A stretch of DNA of 54,514 nt from positions 1 through 54,514 of the forward strand of contig CAYYSJ010000008.1 of assembly GCA_964474445.1 (NCBI GenBank). The letters are read 5' to 3'. The position numbers and the translations under genes are program-made. Positions 1-7,727 of the stretch are shown piece after piece; within the stretch, counting starts at the first letter, position 1, and the number at the start of each line of letters is the position of its first letter. The notes under the pieces are model-generated. The model saw only the letters and a list, made by a program, of their open reading frames with translations. It ran no database searches and was not told the DNA's origin. The stretch comes from an uncultured Gammaproteobacteria bacterium (GTDB lineage: Bacteria; Patescibacteriota; Microgenomatia; Levybacterales; UBA12049).

Positions 1-169
1 TTGCTCCCCCTCCAATGACCAAAAAAAACTGGCGGTCATTGTGTTTCGCCAGTTGTTCGCGGATAAAGCTATTGAGCTTCTTAAGAAATTCGGTGTCAAT
101 TCCACCGTTAGGAACAATAAGGGACCCCCCAATTGACATGACTACCTTGTCAAGAAAATTAGATCCCAT
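1..169 (-). CDS. pyrH: UMP kinase, archaeal-type (N-terminal 56 codons; gene runs off the left edge)
   Basis: Not in the ORF track (no stop in window). Minus-strand ATG at 169 gives MGSNFLDKVVMSIGGSLIVPNGGIDTEFLKKLNSFIREQLAKHNDRQFFLVIGGGA. This is the IGGS...GGG amino-acid-kinase N-terminus typical of archaeal-type PyrH. Confidence 0.55.
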   Translation of the reverse strand, partial: MGSNFLDKVVMSIGGSLIVPNGGIDTEFLKKLNSFIREQLAKHNDRQFFLVIGGGA

Positions 170-183
170 AGCTCTAATTGCGT

Positions 184-212
184 ATCATAGCAGAGACGAT
201 TAGATATGGCAA
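184..212 (-). promoter_or_regulatory. sigma70-like promoter TTGCCA-17-TATGAT for the pyrH-like gene
   Basis: Minus strand: TTGCCA (212-207), 17-nt spacer, TATGAT (189-184), then 14 nt to the ATG at 169. Confidence 0.5.
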
Positions 213-219
213 GAAGCAA

Positions 220-432
220 TTAGCAAAATTGAGGAGAACGTCTTCTTTTTTCCAGTTCTTTTAGCCAGTCTGATCGAAGGATACCCGCTTCTGCTTTTTC
301 TTTTCCTGTCACAGAGTCTTTAAATATATGTACTGCAATACTCCCTGAAATAGGATCATCATTACCCACTGATTCCATTGGAACATGGCTATCTTGGTTA
401 TCTTTTGTAAAAGGTAAAAAAAGTTCAGTCAT
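220..432 (-). CDS. hypothetical small protein (70 aa, MTELFLPF...)
   Basis: The ORF-track entry 220..471 starts at a TTG that lies inside a TTGATA-17-TACAAT promoter. The ATG at 432 is 10 nt after the -10 box. No recognisable family. Confidence 0.35.
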   Translation of the reverse strand: MTELFLPFTKDNQDSHVPMESVGNDDPISGSIAVHIFKDSVTGKEKAEAGILRSDWLKELEKRRRSPQFC

Positions 433-442
433 ACTAATTGTT

Positions 443-471
443 ATTGTAGCAAATTTACTATGAGCTATCAA
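443..471 (-). promoter_or_regulatory. promoter TTGATA-17-TACAAT
   Basis: Minus strand: TTGATA (471-466), 17-nt spacer, TACAAT (448-443), 10 nt before the ATG at 432. Confidence 0.5.
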
Positions 472-483
472 TAGGTTACAACA

Positions 484-507
484 AAGCCCTCTTACAAAAG
501 AGGGCTT
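484..507. terminator. 10-bp perfect hairpin AAGCCCTCTT-ACAA-AAGAGGGCTT
   Basis: Perfect inverted repeat between two minus-strand genes, downstream of the 582..785 ORF. The flanks are only moderately T-rich. Confidence 0.5.
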
Positions 508-581
508 AGGAAAAATAAAATCAAGGCTATAATTAGTTTAAACCTTTTCTTGGATCAAACTCTTTAAGATTCCACTTCTAT

Positions 582-785
582 CTAGAGACTTCTTGGAAAT
601 CTACTGTTAAATTCGTCTTTTGATATTAAATCTGGAATATGTTTGCCTCTTCCTCTTGTCCACCAAGGGACTGCTCTCCCATATGCGACCTCACTACCAT
701 CCGGTCTACGTTCTACTCTTGTTCCATAATCTTTACTAGGTTGGGTACTTCCGGCATTAGCTACATCTTCTTTAGGTATTGCCAT
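582..785 (-). CDS. hypothetical small basic protein (67 aa, MAIPKEDVANAG...)
   Basis: The ATG at 785 is preceded by AAGGAAGTG, a Shine-Dalgarno-like sequence, 8 nt upstream. The longer ORF-track start at 842 adds only a hydrophobic extension. Confidence 0.5.
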   Translation of the reverse strand: MAIPKEDVANAGSTQPSKDYGTRVERRPDGSEVAYGRAVPWWTRGRGKHIPDLISKDEFNSRFPRSL

Positions 786-905
786 TTTTGTTACACTTCC
801 TTTTGGTATTATTAGAACAAGAAGAAAAGTAGTAGGCAACAAAAAGTAGATCTTGAAGCCTATTGCCTTAAACTTCTTTGTCTAAAACAATAACGACAAG
901 AATGT

Positions 906-934
906 ACTATACGCCTAATGCTTATAGCTGTCAA
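906..934 (-). promoter_or_regulatory. promoter TTGACA-17-TATAGT (long leader to the 582..785 ORF)
   Basis: Minus strand: TTGACA (934-929), 17-nt spacer, TATAGT (911-906). This predicts a leader of about 110 nt. Confidence 0.55.
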
Positions 935-1009
935 AAAGATTTTTATACAAAATAGCCTCGTTAATGCACAACAGATTATGAATAATCTAGTGTCAATAAC
1001 AATGTTTAC

Positions 1010-1237
1010 TTAACTTGCCGTCCTATTGCGAGATCCGCCTTTATTTCCATTAAATGGACCAGGATCTTTAGGTGGTTGGGACATTTCTTCTTCATGATCA
1101 TAAACATAAACAGATACCCCTCCAGCAGTTGTATAGATTTGTCTTTTTCTACCTTGAAGCTCTTGTTTGGGGCTTTTTCTAGCATCTGCATCTCGAAAAA
1201 CGATATCTGCTAATCTTGCCCAATCTTCTGCTGTCAT
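1010..1237 (-). CDS. hypothetical small protein (75 aa, MTAEDWARLADIVFRD...)
   Basis: ATG-initiated ORF. It is preferred over the overlapping 1006..1191 frame because of its more protein-like composition. No family recognised. Confidence 0.4.
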   Translation of the reverse strand: MTAEDWARLADIVFRDADARKSPKQELQGRKRQIYTTAGGVSVYVYDHEEEMSQPPKDPGPFNGNKGGSRNRTAS

Positions 1238-1638
1238 ATCTTTATAAAGAATACCTCTCTTTTTATTACTTATCTTGACTCTGCTCTACCAATTCTCTAA
1301 CACATTCCTGTCAAAAGGATTGTAGAGAGACATTCTCCTGACAGTTTAGGTGAGAGAACACAGAATTTTTATGGCAATAGTGTAAGAAGTTGGTAAGCAA
1401 GAAGACAAGAGAGGATTTCAAACATGTCGTAACTTACCTGCCGTACTGTCAAACTGAGGACGTACTCCATCGCGGTATAAATCAGTTATAGAGGTACCAC
1501 TAACTACCTGGAGAGACTTGAACTTCCAGCAAGCCTTGTTGAGGTTTGCCTTGTGAGGTTACTCTTTCTGATAACTTTATTGTCGTAGACAAATATTGTA
1601 CTGTACTATAGCTTTTGCCATTTTCCCAAGGTTATTTC

Positions 1639-2499
1639 CTATTTTTGACAGGTTTGACAAAAGTAGGTGCCACGACCACCTAACATGATTTTCTTGATAT
1701 GTGTTCCATCCCTTTCACATGCTCCCTCTTTCCCATAAACCTTCGTATGATTTTGGTAATTGCCTGACTCCCCTAGCACATCCACAAATGTTAACTCCGA
1801 TGCTCCCCTCTCTTCCAACCCTTTGTGTAGGACCTTCAGAATGGCTTTGTAGAGACTTATTACTTCGTTTTGACTCAAACTGTTTGCAGGACGTCGCGGA
1901 TCGATTCTTGCCACGTACAATGCGTCATTTGCATAAATGTTACCAACTCCAGCCATTTTTTGCTGATCCATAATAAATGGCTTAATAGCTGTCTTTGATT
2001 TAGAGAGAATTGCAGCAAATTGTGCCTCTGTTAATTTGTCTTTTCCTTCCACTAATGGAAATTCTGGCCCGAGTTCTTTAAAGAAAGGCAATTCTGAGAC
2101 TCTATCAGTTAGAACCACCTTTATCCATCCAAATTGTCGAATATCATTGTAAAAAAGCGTTGCACCTCTATCTAAATGAAAAATAACATGAGTCCAGGAA
2201 TTGGGAAGATCTTTGCCTACTCGCTTGAGGTCAGTATGAATGATATGAGGCTCATCTTTCCCTCGATAAATTAGTTGCCCTGTGAGCTTAATATGGACTG
2301 CTAAAGAATGACCGTTCGATAAATCAATGACTAACCCTTTTCCAAATCGCCTAACAGCAGTTACTTTTGCACCTTCGATATCTTTCACATTCCCTTGAAA
2401 AATCTTAGGACGTCTCACATCAATTGACTCAATAGTATGTCCAACAACATACTTTTCAAGCCCTCTACGTAACGTTTCTACTTCTGGTAACTCTGGCAT
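1639..2499 (-). CDS. mutM: formamidopyrimidine-DNA glycosylase (Fpg/MutM)
   Basis: N-terminus is MPELPEVE (catalytic Pro2/Glu3). The H2TH region is present, and the C-terminus has a zinc finger (...CERDG...CQTCQK). Confidence 0.9.
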   Translation of the reverse strand: MPELPEVETLRRGLEKYVVGHTIESIDVRRPKIFQGNVKDIEGAKVTAVRRFGKGLVIDLSNGHSLAVHIKLTGQLIYRGKDEPHIIHTDLKRVGKDLPNSWTHVIFHLDRGATLFYNDIRQFGWIKVVLTDRVSELPFFKELGPEFPLVEGKDKLTEAQFAAILSKSKTAIKPFIMDQQKMAGVGNIYANDALYVARIDPRRPANSLSQNEVISLYKAILKVLHKGLEERGASELTFVDVLGESGNYQNHTKVYGKEGACERDGTHIKKIMLGGRGTYFCQTCQK

Positions 2500-2505
2500 A
2501 GGTTC

Positions 2506-3642
2506 TTATATCCCCCTTAGTATCGCTTGTATCTTTTCTTCAAAATGTTTTCTATTAAATTTTTCTGCCTGTTTGATACAATCCTGTGATTTTATATTCA
2601 TAGTTTTGAATTTTTTAATTGCTCTTATAACACTTGCAACAGTGAGCTCGTCAAAGAATACGCCAGTCTTGTCTTCAAGAACTGTCTCTTTCACTCCTCC
2701 TGATCTATACGCAATAACAGGAGTACCTACCCCCATTGCCTCGACGGGAACAATCCCAAAATCCTCATCCTCTCCTGCAAAGAAAAATGCTTTTGCATCC
2801 TTCATCAAAGCAACTTTTTCTGCATCGCTTACCTCTCCCACAAACTCAACAGTAGACCCAGCCATCGCTTGTAATTCGTCGCCATAACCTGCAAAACCTT
2901 TCCCGAAAATCTTCAGTGGAATCTTGAGTTCATTTGCTGCTTGAATAATGAGATCAAAATGTTTTGGTCTGGCAAGTCTCCCTCCTGCGAGATAATATTG
3001 ATTAGCGTGTAGTCCATTAGTATCTCGTTGTTTTTTCTCTCTACTAGTTGCTCGCTTTTGATCACTAGGTGCTATAACGACAGGCGGATATACCACAACA
3101 GCATCACGTCTATAGAATTTTTTGATCCTTTGAGCTACTTCTTCAGAATTCGCAATGTATTGATCCACATTCTGAGAGGCTTTGAAGTCAACCATGCGTA
3201 AGATGTGATTCATCACCTCAGCGGTTACTCTTATAACAAGATTTTTCTTCCATTCTCTTGCTGTTGCATAGCCATACAGGTACCGTGGTGGTGTATGGCA
3301 ATAACAGACAAGCTTTGCAGTTTTTTTATTGAGCATGTTTGGGATATATGCACCGGTTGCAGAGACTAAAATAACGTCATAACCTGAAAAATTAAATATA
3401 CGAAACAGCCAAGGAGCAAAAAGTCTATAGATACTAATAAATTTTTCTTTGAAAGGAACGTCATTAAACGGCGATGTTTTTATATTCCATGAAGCAAACC
3501 TTTCTTTGTGTGGCCCCAAAAACTCTGGACAATAAACAAGTGTATACACAGGTGCATCTGGATACATCTCATGCAATGTTTCCAAGACTCTTTCTGCTCC
3601 ACCATATTCCTTAATATAATCGTGTACTAAAGCAATCTTCAT
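2506..3642 (-). CDS. glycosyltransferase, GT4 (group 1) family
   Basis: Starts MKIALVHDYIKEYGGAERV. The C-terminal half has the E-x7-E-like GT1 region (EDFGIVPVEAMGVGTPVIA). It sits 6 nt upstream of mutM, probably in one operon. Confidence 0.85.
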   Translation of the reverse strand: MKIALVHDYIKEYGGAERVLETLHEMYPDAPVYTLVYCPEFLGPHKERFASWNIKTSPFNDVPFKEKFISIYRLFAPWLFRIFNFSGYDVILVSATGAYIPNMLNKKTAKLVCYCHTPPRYLYGYATAREWKKNLVIRVTAEVMNHILRMVDFKASQNVDQYIANSEEVAQRIKKFYRRDAVVVYPPVVIAPSDQKRATSREKKQRDTNGLHANQYYLAGGRLARPKHFDLIIQAANELKIPLKIFGKGFAGYGDELQAMAGSTVEFVGEVSDAEKVALMKDAKAFFFAGEDEDFGIVPVEAMGVGTPVIAYRSGGVKETVLEDKTGVFFDELTVASVIRAIKKFKTMNIKSQDCIKQAEKFNRKHFEEKIQAILRGI

Positions 3643-3784
3643 CTATCAGTATTCTACATGACAACAAAACAAGACGCTACTATAGCAAATTTCTTGCATA
3701 CTCTCTAGCCATTTTCTAAAAATCAGCTTCACGTATTTCTCTGTCTGATGAAGAAATAGAAAGATGGAAACAAAATCCTAAACC

Positions 3785-3910
3785 TCACCTTAAAGCATTA
3801 TTTGAAAGGTTATTAGTGCTGCAAAAGAGTAACGAAAGAACTGTCAAAAAGATAAATATGCTATCTGAGAAGTAATCTTGCAGCAATAATACAACATACC
3901 AAATCTGCAC
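3785..3910 (-). CDS. candidate 41-aa hydrophobic mini-protein (below the ORF-track cutoff)
   Basis: Minus-strand AGGAGGAGGG (3927-3918) is followed 7 nt later by GTG at 3910. Translation: MQIWYVVLLLQDYFSDSIFIFLTVLSLLFCSTNNLSNNALR, stop TGA at 3787-3785. Confidence 0.3.
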   Translation of the reverse strand: MQIWYVVLLLQDYFSDSIFIFLTVLSLLFCSTNNLSNNALR

Positions 3911-3971
3911 AAAGATGCCCTCCTCCTAACACATGAAATGCTTTGACCTACTTTGACCTTTTTTATCCTGG

Positions 3972-4000
3972 TTGACCAGATCGCCTTTCTCCCCTATCAT
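3972..4000 (+). promoter_or_regulatory. promoter TTGACC-17-TATCAT
   Basis: TTGACC 3972-3977, 17-nt spacer, TATCAT 3995-4000, then 13 nt to the ATG at 4014. The ORF-track TTG start at 3972 is the -35 box itself. Confidence 0.55.
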
Positions 4001-4013
4001 GCTCACTATTGTT

Positions 4014-4673
4014 ATGAAAGGATTGAATATTCAAAAATTGGATTTTCTGCTATCTCTTTATATTGCATGTATTGCAATATCAGAATTGATGGGAGCCAAA
4101 ACATTCCCTATTACAACAATTGGGACATTTCATTTGTCTGCAAGTGTTGCAATTTTTGTTGTCCCACTTGTCTATGCTATCAATGACATCATCACTGAAG
4201 TCTTTGGGAAACCTCGAGCACAAAGTATTGTCCGCTCTGGGCTTTTTATGGTCTTTCTATTTATGATTTTTTCTCTTTTTGCAACGCGTTTGCCTGCAAC
4301 TCCTCGTTTTGCACACACCGAATCAGCATATGAAGCAATCTTTAGCGTGTCTGCACGAATTGCAGCTGCATCCCTTACTGCATTTGCCATTGGAGAATTT
4401 TTAGATGTCATTCTTTTTGCAAGGCTTAGGAAAAGATTTGGCGTTCAAAGACTATGGCTTCGCACTAATCTTTCTAACTTCGTCTCCCAATTTTTTGATA
4501 CAACACTCTTTATGTTTTTGGCATTTTATGCTTTCAATAGACCTTTTGGAGATAACTTCTCATTCCTCTTTGGCCTCATTCTCCCTTACTGGCTCTTAAA
4601 GTGTTTTCTGTCCATTATTGAGACACCTCTGGTATACTTAGGCGTACGATTGCTCAAGAAAGAAGAGCTGTAA
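4014..4673 (+). CDS. yhhQ: queuosine-precursor transporter (YhhQ/DUF165 family)
   Basis: Polytopic membrane protein with the YhhQ-type motif VPLVYAINDIITEVFGKPRAQ. Start moved to MKGLNIQ... downstream of the promoter. Confidence 0.8.
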   Translation: MKGLNIQKLDFLLSLYIACIAISELMGAKTFPITTIGTFHLSASVAIFVVPLVYAINDIITEVFGKPRAQSIVRSGLFMVFLFMIFSLFATRLPATPRFAHTESAYEAIFSVSARIAAASLTAFAIGEFLDVILFARLRKRFGVQRLWLRTNLSNFVSQFFDTTLFMFLAFYAFNRPFGDNFSFLFGLILPYWLLKCFLSIIETPLVYLGVRLLKKEEL

Positions 4674-4722
4674 GACTGATGATTCATGAAGTATGACCTC
4701 TTAAATCTTGCATCTTAAATTT

Positions 4723-5259
4723 ATGAAAGTAGTTTGCGTTATGGTCTCCTCCTTGAATGGGAAAATAACAAATGGCACAGATCCTCATATCTACACATGG
4801 ACTTCCAAAGAAGACCAAGATCATTTTTTTTCACTTATCGAACACGCATCATGTATCATCATGGGACGAAATACCTATGAACAGGCTAAAGATATTATGA
4901 AACACAAAGAAGGACGACTTCGTGTCGTTTTAACTTCTACTCCTGACCAATTCCAAGGGGAGACAATTCCTGGCCAACTCGAATTTACCAACGAATCTCC
5001 CTCCAAACTTCTTACCAGACTAGCAGAAAAAGGGATTCAAGAAGCACTTTTGGTTGGAGGAGCTACAACCAACACGGCGTTTTTGCAAGAAAACTGTATT
5101 GATGAACTGTGGCTTACCGTCGAACCAATTATCTTTGGCACAGGTACTCCCCTTTTTACAGAAGATATTTTAGAAAAAAGACTCATGCTACAGAACATTG
5201 AAAGATTAAATAATAAAGGCACACTATTTTTGCAGTATACATTTCTAAAGCAGTTCTAG
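4723..5259 (+). CDS. RibD C-terminal domain / dihydrofolate-reductase-like reductase
   Basis: MKVVCVMVSSLNGKITNG...IIMGRNTY...LLVGGATTN...LTVEPIIFGTG matches the RibD_C/DHFR-like fold pattern. The ATG at 4723 is preferred over the TTG at 4708. Confidence 0.75.
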   Translation: MKVVCVMVSSLNGKITNGTDPHIYTWTSKEDQDHFFSLIEHASCIIMGRNTYEQAKDIMKHKEGRLRVVLTSTPDQFQGETIPGQLEFTNESPSKLLTRLAEKGIQEALLVGGATTNTAFLQENCIDELWLTVEPIIFGTGTPLFTEDILEKRLMLQNIERLNNKGTLFLQYTFLKQF

Positions 5260-6186
5260 CTGCTTCTCATTTTCTGTTTTTTCCTCTTTATTCTCTATCT
5301 GTCGAATAGATTTTTTTGGAGCTTCAGGTGCAAAACCCAATCTTTTCTTTAATGAGTTAAATCCAAAAGGTTCAAATGCTTGAAGAAATTTTTCTTTGGT
5401 AAAGTTACGAACAGATGCTTTCTCAAGCTCTAAATGAACAGGTGCGTCTAAATGAATTGTTGCCAATGATTTGCAAAGACTTGCTGCTTCTGCATCTTTA
5501 GCCAATTTGTCAGCAATCTCAGGCTTCACATCTGCCAAATGGGTATACAAATTTTCCAGAGTCTCAAACTGCTGTAAAAGTCCTGCTGCTGTTTTTGGTC
5601 CGATCCCAGCAACACCTGGATAGCCATCAGACTGATCCCCTACAAGTGCCTTGTAATCAATAAATTGAGACGCCTTAACTCCATATTTTTCCTCAACAGC
5701 TTTCTCATCCATAATCACAGATTTTGTAATACCCGTTATTGGCATCAACACTTTTACTACTCCATTCACCAGTTGGAGTAAATCTCTATCTCCTGTCACA
5801 ATCATTGTCTCCAAACCTTTTTCTTTTGATTCTTTTGATAAAGTTCCTATTAAATCATCTGCTTCATACCCTTCAACGCCATAATGTGGGACACCCAAGG
5901 CATCAAGCGAATCATACAGCCTTTGGACTTGAGGAACCAAATCATCAGACATTTTTGGTCTATTTGCATGGTATCCCGCATACATATTCATTCGGAAGGT
6001 TGGTGCTCCCCTATCAAAACAGATAGTTACATAATCTGGCTTTACCTCATCGAAAAGCTTTATCAGCATGGCATAAAATCCATAAATCGCATTCACAATA
6101 TTTCCATCTTTATCAGTAAATGGTGGATAGGCATGAAATGCTCGGTGAAGAATGGCATTCCCATCAATAAGGAGTAATTTTTGCAT
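5245..6186 (-). CDS. 5'-3' exonuclease (stand-alone Pol I N-terminal/FEN-like domain)
   Basis: MQKLLLIDGNAILHRAFHA...VTGDRDLLQL...GDQSDGYPGVAGIGPKTA are the classic 5'-3' exonuclease and H3TH motifs. Start set at 6186: a TATACT -10 box ends 6 nt upstream. Confidence 0.85.
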   Translation of the reverse strand: MQKLLLIDGNAILHRAFHAYPPFTDKDGNIVNAIYGFYAMLIKLFDEVKPDYVTICFDRGAPTFRMNMYAGYHANRPKMSDDLVPQVQRLYDSLDALGVPHYGVEGYEADDLIGTLSKESKEKGLETMIVTGDRDLLQLVNGVVKVLMPITGITKSVIMDEKAVEEKYGVKASQFIDYKALVGDQSDGYPGVAGIGPKTAAGLLQQFETLENLYTHLADVKPEIADKLAKDAEAASLCKSLATIHLDAPVHLELEKASVRNFTKEKFLQAFEPFGFNSLKKRLGFAPEAPKKSIRQIENKEEKTENEKQLELL

Positions 6187-6206
6187 AGAGTTAGTATAGC
6201 AAATTA

Positions 6207-6231
6207 GAAAAGCTGGGGCAGGCAGCTTTTC
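6207..6231 (-). terminator. intrinsic terminator GAAAAGCTG-cctgccc-CAGCTTTTC
   Basis: 9-bp stem with a 7-nt loop, followed on the minus strand by TAATTT. It lies directly after the stop of the 6261..6542 ORF. Confidence 0.55.
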
Positions 6232-6260
6232 AAAAGACAATAAAATGAATTTAACGATTA

Positions 6261-6542
6261 TCATCCGTTGCCATTTCTATTGTCATCACTATGTGGAGCT
6301 GGTGGATGTCCATGCCTATCAATGTAGGTTTGATAAGCCCAATCTGGATAACCATGGTCTCCTCTTTCATGAACATCTCTATCTTGTTGCTCTTGCTCGG
6401 GAGTATAGTTATTTCCGTGTGTTGCAGGATCTTGATGTGCTCGCATCACATCTCCTCTTCTTCTCATTATTGTAGGAGAAGATAATGTTGTCAAAACATT
6501 TTGTCTTACTTCTCCACCTGCCAAAACTTGTAATCGTGCCAT
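6261..6542 (-). CDS. hypothetical small His/Arg/Asp-rich protein (93 aa)
   Basis: ATG at 6542 is preceded by GAAAGGAGGTGATATGA (strong Shine-Dalgarno sequence). It has its own promoter and terminator. No family recognised. Confidence 0.55.
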   Translation of the reverse strand: MARLQVLAGGEVRQNVLTTLSSPTIMRRRGDVMRAHQDPATHGNNYTPEQEQQDRDVHERGDHGYPDWAYQTYIDRHGHPPAPHSDDNRNGNG

Positions 6543-6572
6543 TCATATCACCTCCTTTCTTTTTGTTGGAAA

Positions 6573-6616
6573 AGTCTAAGACTGGAGGCTATAATAAGCA
6601 ATGCAAAAGAGATATG
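6573..6616 (-). promoter_or_regulatory. promoter TTGCTT-17-TAGACT plus conserved upstream box (copy 1)
   Basis: Minus strand: -35 at 6601-6596 and -10 at 6578-6573. The 24-nt box 6593-6616 matches 7168-7191 at 20 of 24 positions. Confidence 0.5.
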
Positions 6617-6652
6617 AATCACTATTTCTATAAAAGTTACTCTTGCTACGTT

Positions 6653-6676
6653 AAGAGCCGGATTTTTCCGGCTCTT
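6653..6676. terminator. hairpin AAGAGCCGG-ATTTTT-CCGGCTCTT
   Basis: 9-bp perfect stem immediately downstream of the 6705..7115 ORF. The T-run is on the plus strand, so direction is ambiguous. Confidence 0.4.
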
Positions 6677-6704
6677 TATTTTCTTTATTTTTTTACAGAA
6701 AACT

Positions 6705-7115
6705 TTATTTCCCTTTTTCATCGAAGTGTTTCTGCAACATTTCTTCTGCAGCCCAATTGGCTGCATCCCCTTCTGTGTCATAAGGTTTACTCTCGTGCTC
6801 CTGAGCGACAAAGATTAAACCTCGACGACGATTGGCGATTGGACTTGGGCCTGTTTGATCATCATCTGGTCCTGGCGGAACATATGCTTCTGAAACATAT
6901 AAGGCAGCACTAACATGACCTCCACCTGTTGCTCTTTCTTTGAGTGGTCCAGTTGCTCTTCCTTCGCGACTTGCTCTAAATCCAGTTGATCCTGGTTCGT
7001 GTGGTGCTGGATTTGTTGGTTCTGGATTAGGCCCTTCACCTGGTCCCCAAGATAAAAGAGCGACTTGTCTTGCTGCAGGCAAGCTACCTCTTGTTGCTTC
7101 TAATGTTCTTAACAT
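6705..7115 (-). CDS. hypothetical Gly/Pro-rich small protein (136 aa, MLRTLEATRGS...)
   Basis: ATG at 7115 is preceded by AGAAAGGAGGTGATAACA. The ORF-track GTG at 7124 lies inside that Shine-Dalgarno sequence. Overlapping alternative frames were rejected. Confidence 0.55.
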   Translation of the reverse strand: MLRTLEATRGSLPAARQVALLSWGPGEGPNPEPTNPAPHEPGSTGFRASREGRATGPLKERATGGGHVSAALYVSEAYVPPGPDDDQTGPSPIANRRRGLIFVAQEHESKPYDTEGDAANWAAEEMLQKHFDEKGK

Positions 7116-7147
7116 TGTTATCACCTCCTTTCTCTTTTATTCAGAAG

Positions 7148-7191
7148 ATGATAATTCTGAATAGGACAATGAGCAATGCAGAGGAGATGTG
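7148..7191 (-). promoter_or_regulatory. promoter TTGCTC-17-TATCAT plus conserved upstream box (copy 2)
   Basis: Minus strand: -35 at 7176-7171 and -10 at 7153-7148. The box 7168-7191 is paralogous to 6593-6616. Confidence 0.5.
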
Positions 7192-7332
7192 GAAGGAACT
7201 CAATTGACTTTTATCAAATGTTGGATACCGTAATTCTTATGGTTTATCAGAAGACCTCTTCTAGGGATGTAAAATAGACATAGTAAAAATATTAGGGGTA
7301 GCACTGAAATTTAAAATGAAATGTAAGAAGAA

Positions 7333-7647
7333 TTAACGTGTTCTACGAAGAACTCGTCGCGCTAAATTTGTCACTGCGTGTACTGCACATTCAACTAAAC
7401 TAGGACCAAAATGAACACCATTTAATGTTCTGGCACGCCCCATCTGTTTTAGGGCATCTCTGTTAACATCACTCACCCATGCAGCGTTTGCAAGAGGTCC
7501 AGCATGTATATCTACACCATGTATTGCAGCAGGCAGCCTATCTTGCATCATTTGTTGTGCTCGTCTCTGCAATACATTAGCAGCAATTCCTTGAATTTCA
7601 GGACTAGGTAATCCAGACACTCTTTCTTCAGGGTATTCATAGCTCAT
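7333..7647 (-). CDS. hypothetical protein (104 aa, MSYEYPEERVSGL...)
   Basis: ORF starts 9 nt after a perfect consensus promoter. No family recognised. Confidence 0.55.
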   Translation of the reverse strand: MSYEYPEERVSGLPSPEIQGIAANVLQRRAQQMMQDRLPAAIHGVDIHAGPLANAAWVSDVNRDALKQMGRARTLNGVHFGPSLVECAVHAVTNLARRVLRRTR

Positions 7648-7656
7648 AGTAGTTGG

Positions 7657-7685
7657 ATTATAAAAGGAAATGGTTACTGTGTCAA
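7657..7685 (-). promoter_or_regulatory. perfect consensus promoter TTGACA-17-TATAAT (leaderless)
   Basis: Minus strand: TTGACA 7685-7680, 17-nt spacer, TATAAT 7662-7657, 9 nt to the ATG at 7647. Confidence 0.7.
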
Positions 7686-7727
7686 GCTTTTCCCAATAGG
7701 TCGAGTAATAACGCTAAGTATTAATCC

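Noticed and set aside
15-203. Plus-strand 62-aa ORF at the left edge
   Set aside because: It is antisense to a much better minus-strand reading frame: the archaeal-type UMP kinase N-terminus with its own promoter. Its own sequence is low-quality.
1238-1638. 400-bp gap between the mutM gene and the small ORF at 1237, examined for a tRNA, ncRNA or small ORF
   Set aside because: I found scattered TGTCAA motifs and short repeats, but no convincing promoter-plus-ORF pair, cloverleaf or extended helix. It is left unannotated. A covariance-model scan would be needed.
6485-7164. Overlapping ORFs 6485..6913(+), 6548..6811(-), 6815..7039(-) and 6940..7164(+)
   Set aside because: Only the 6705..7115 minus frame has a strong Shine-Dalgarno sequence (AAAGGAGGTGA), a promoter and a downstream hairpin. 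The others are shadow frames in a locally less AT-rich stretch.
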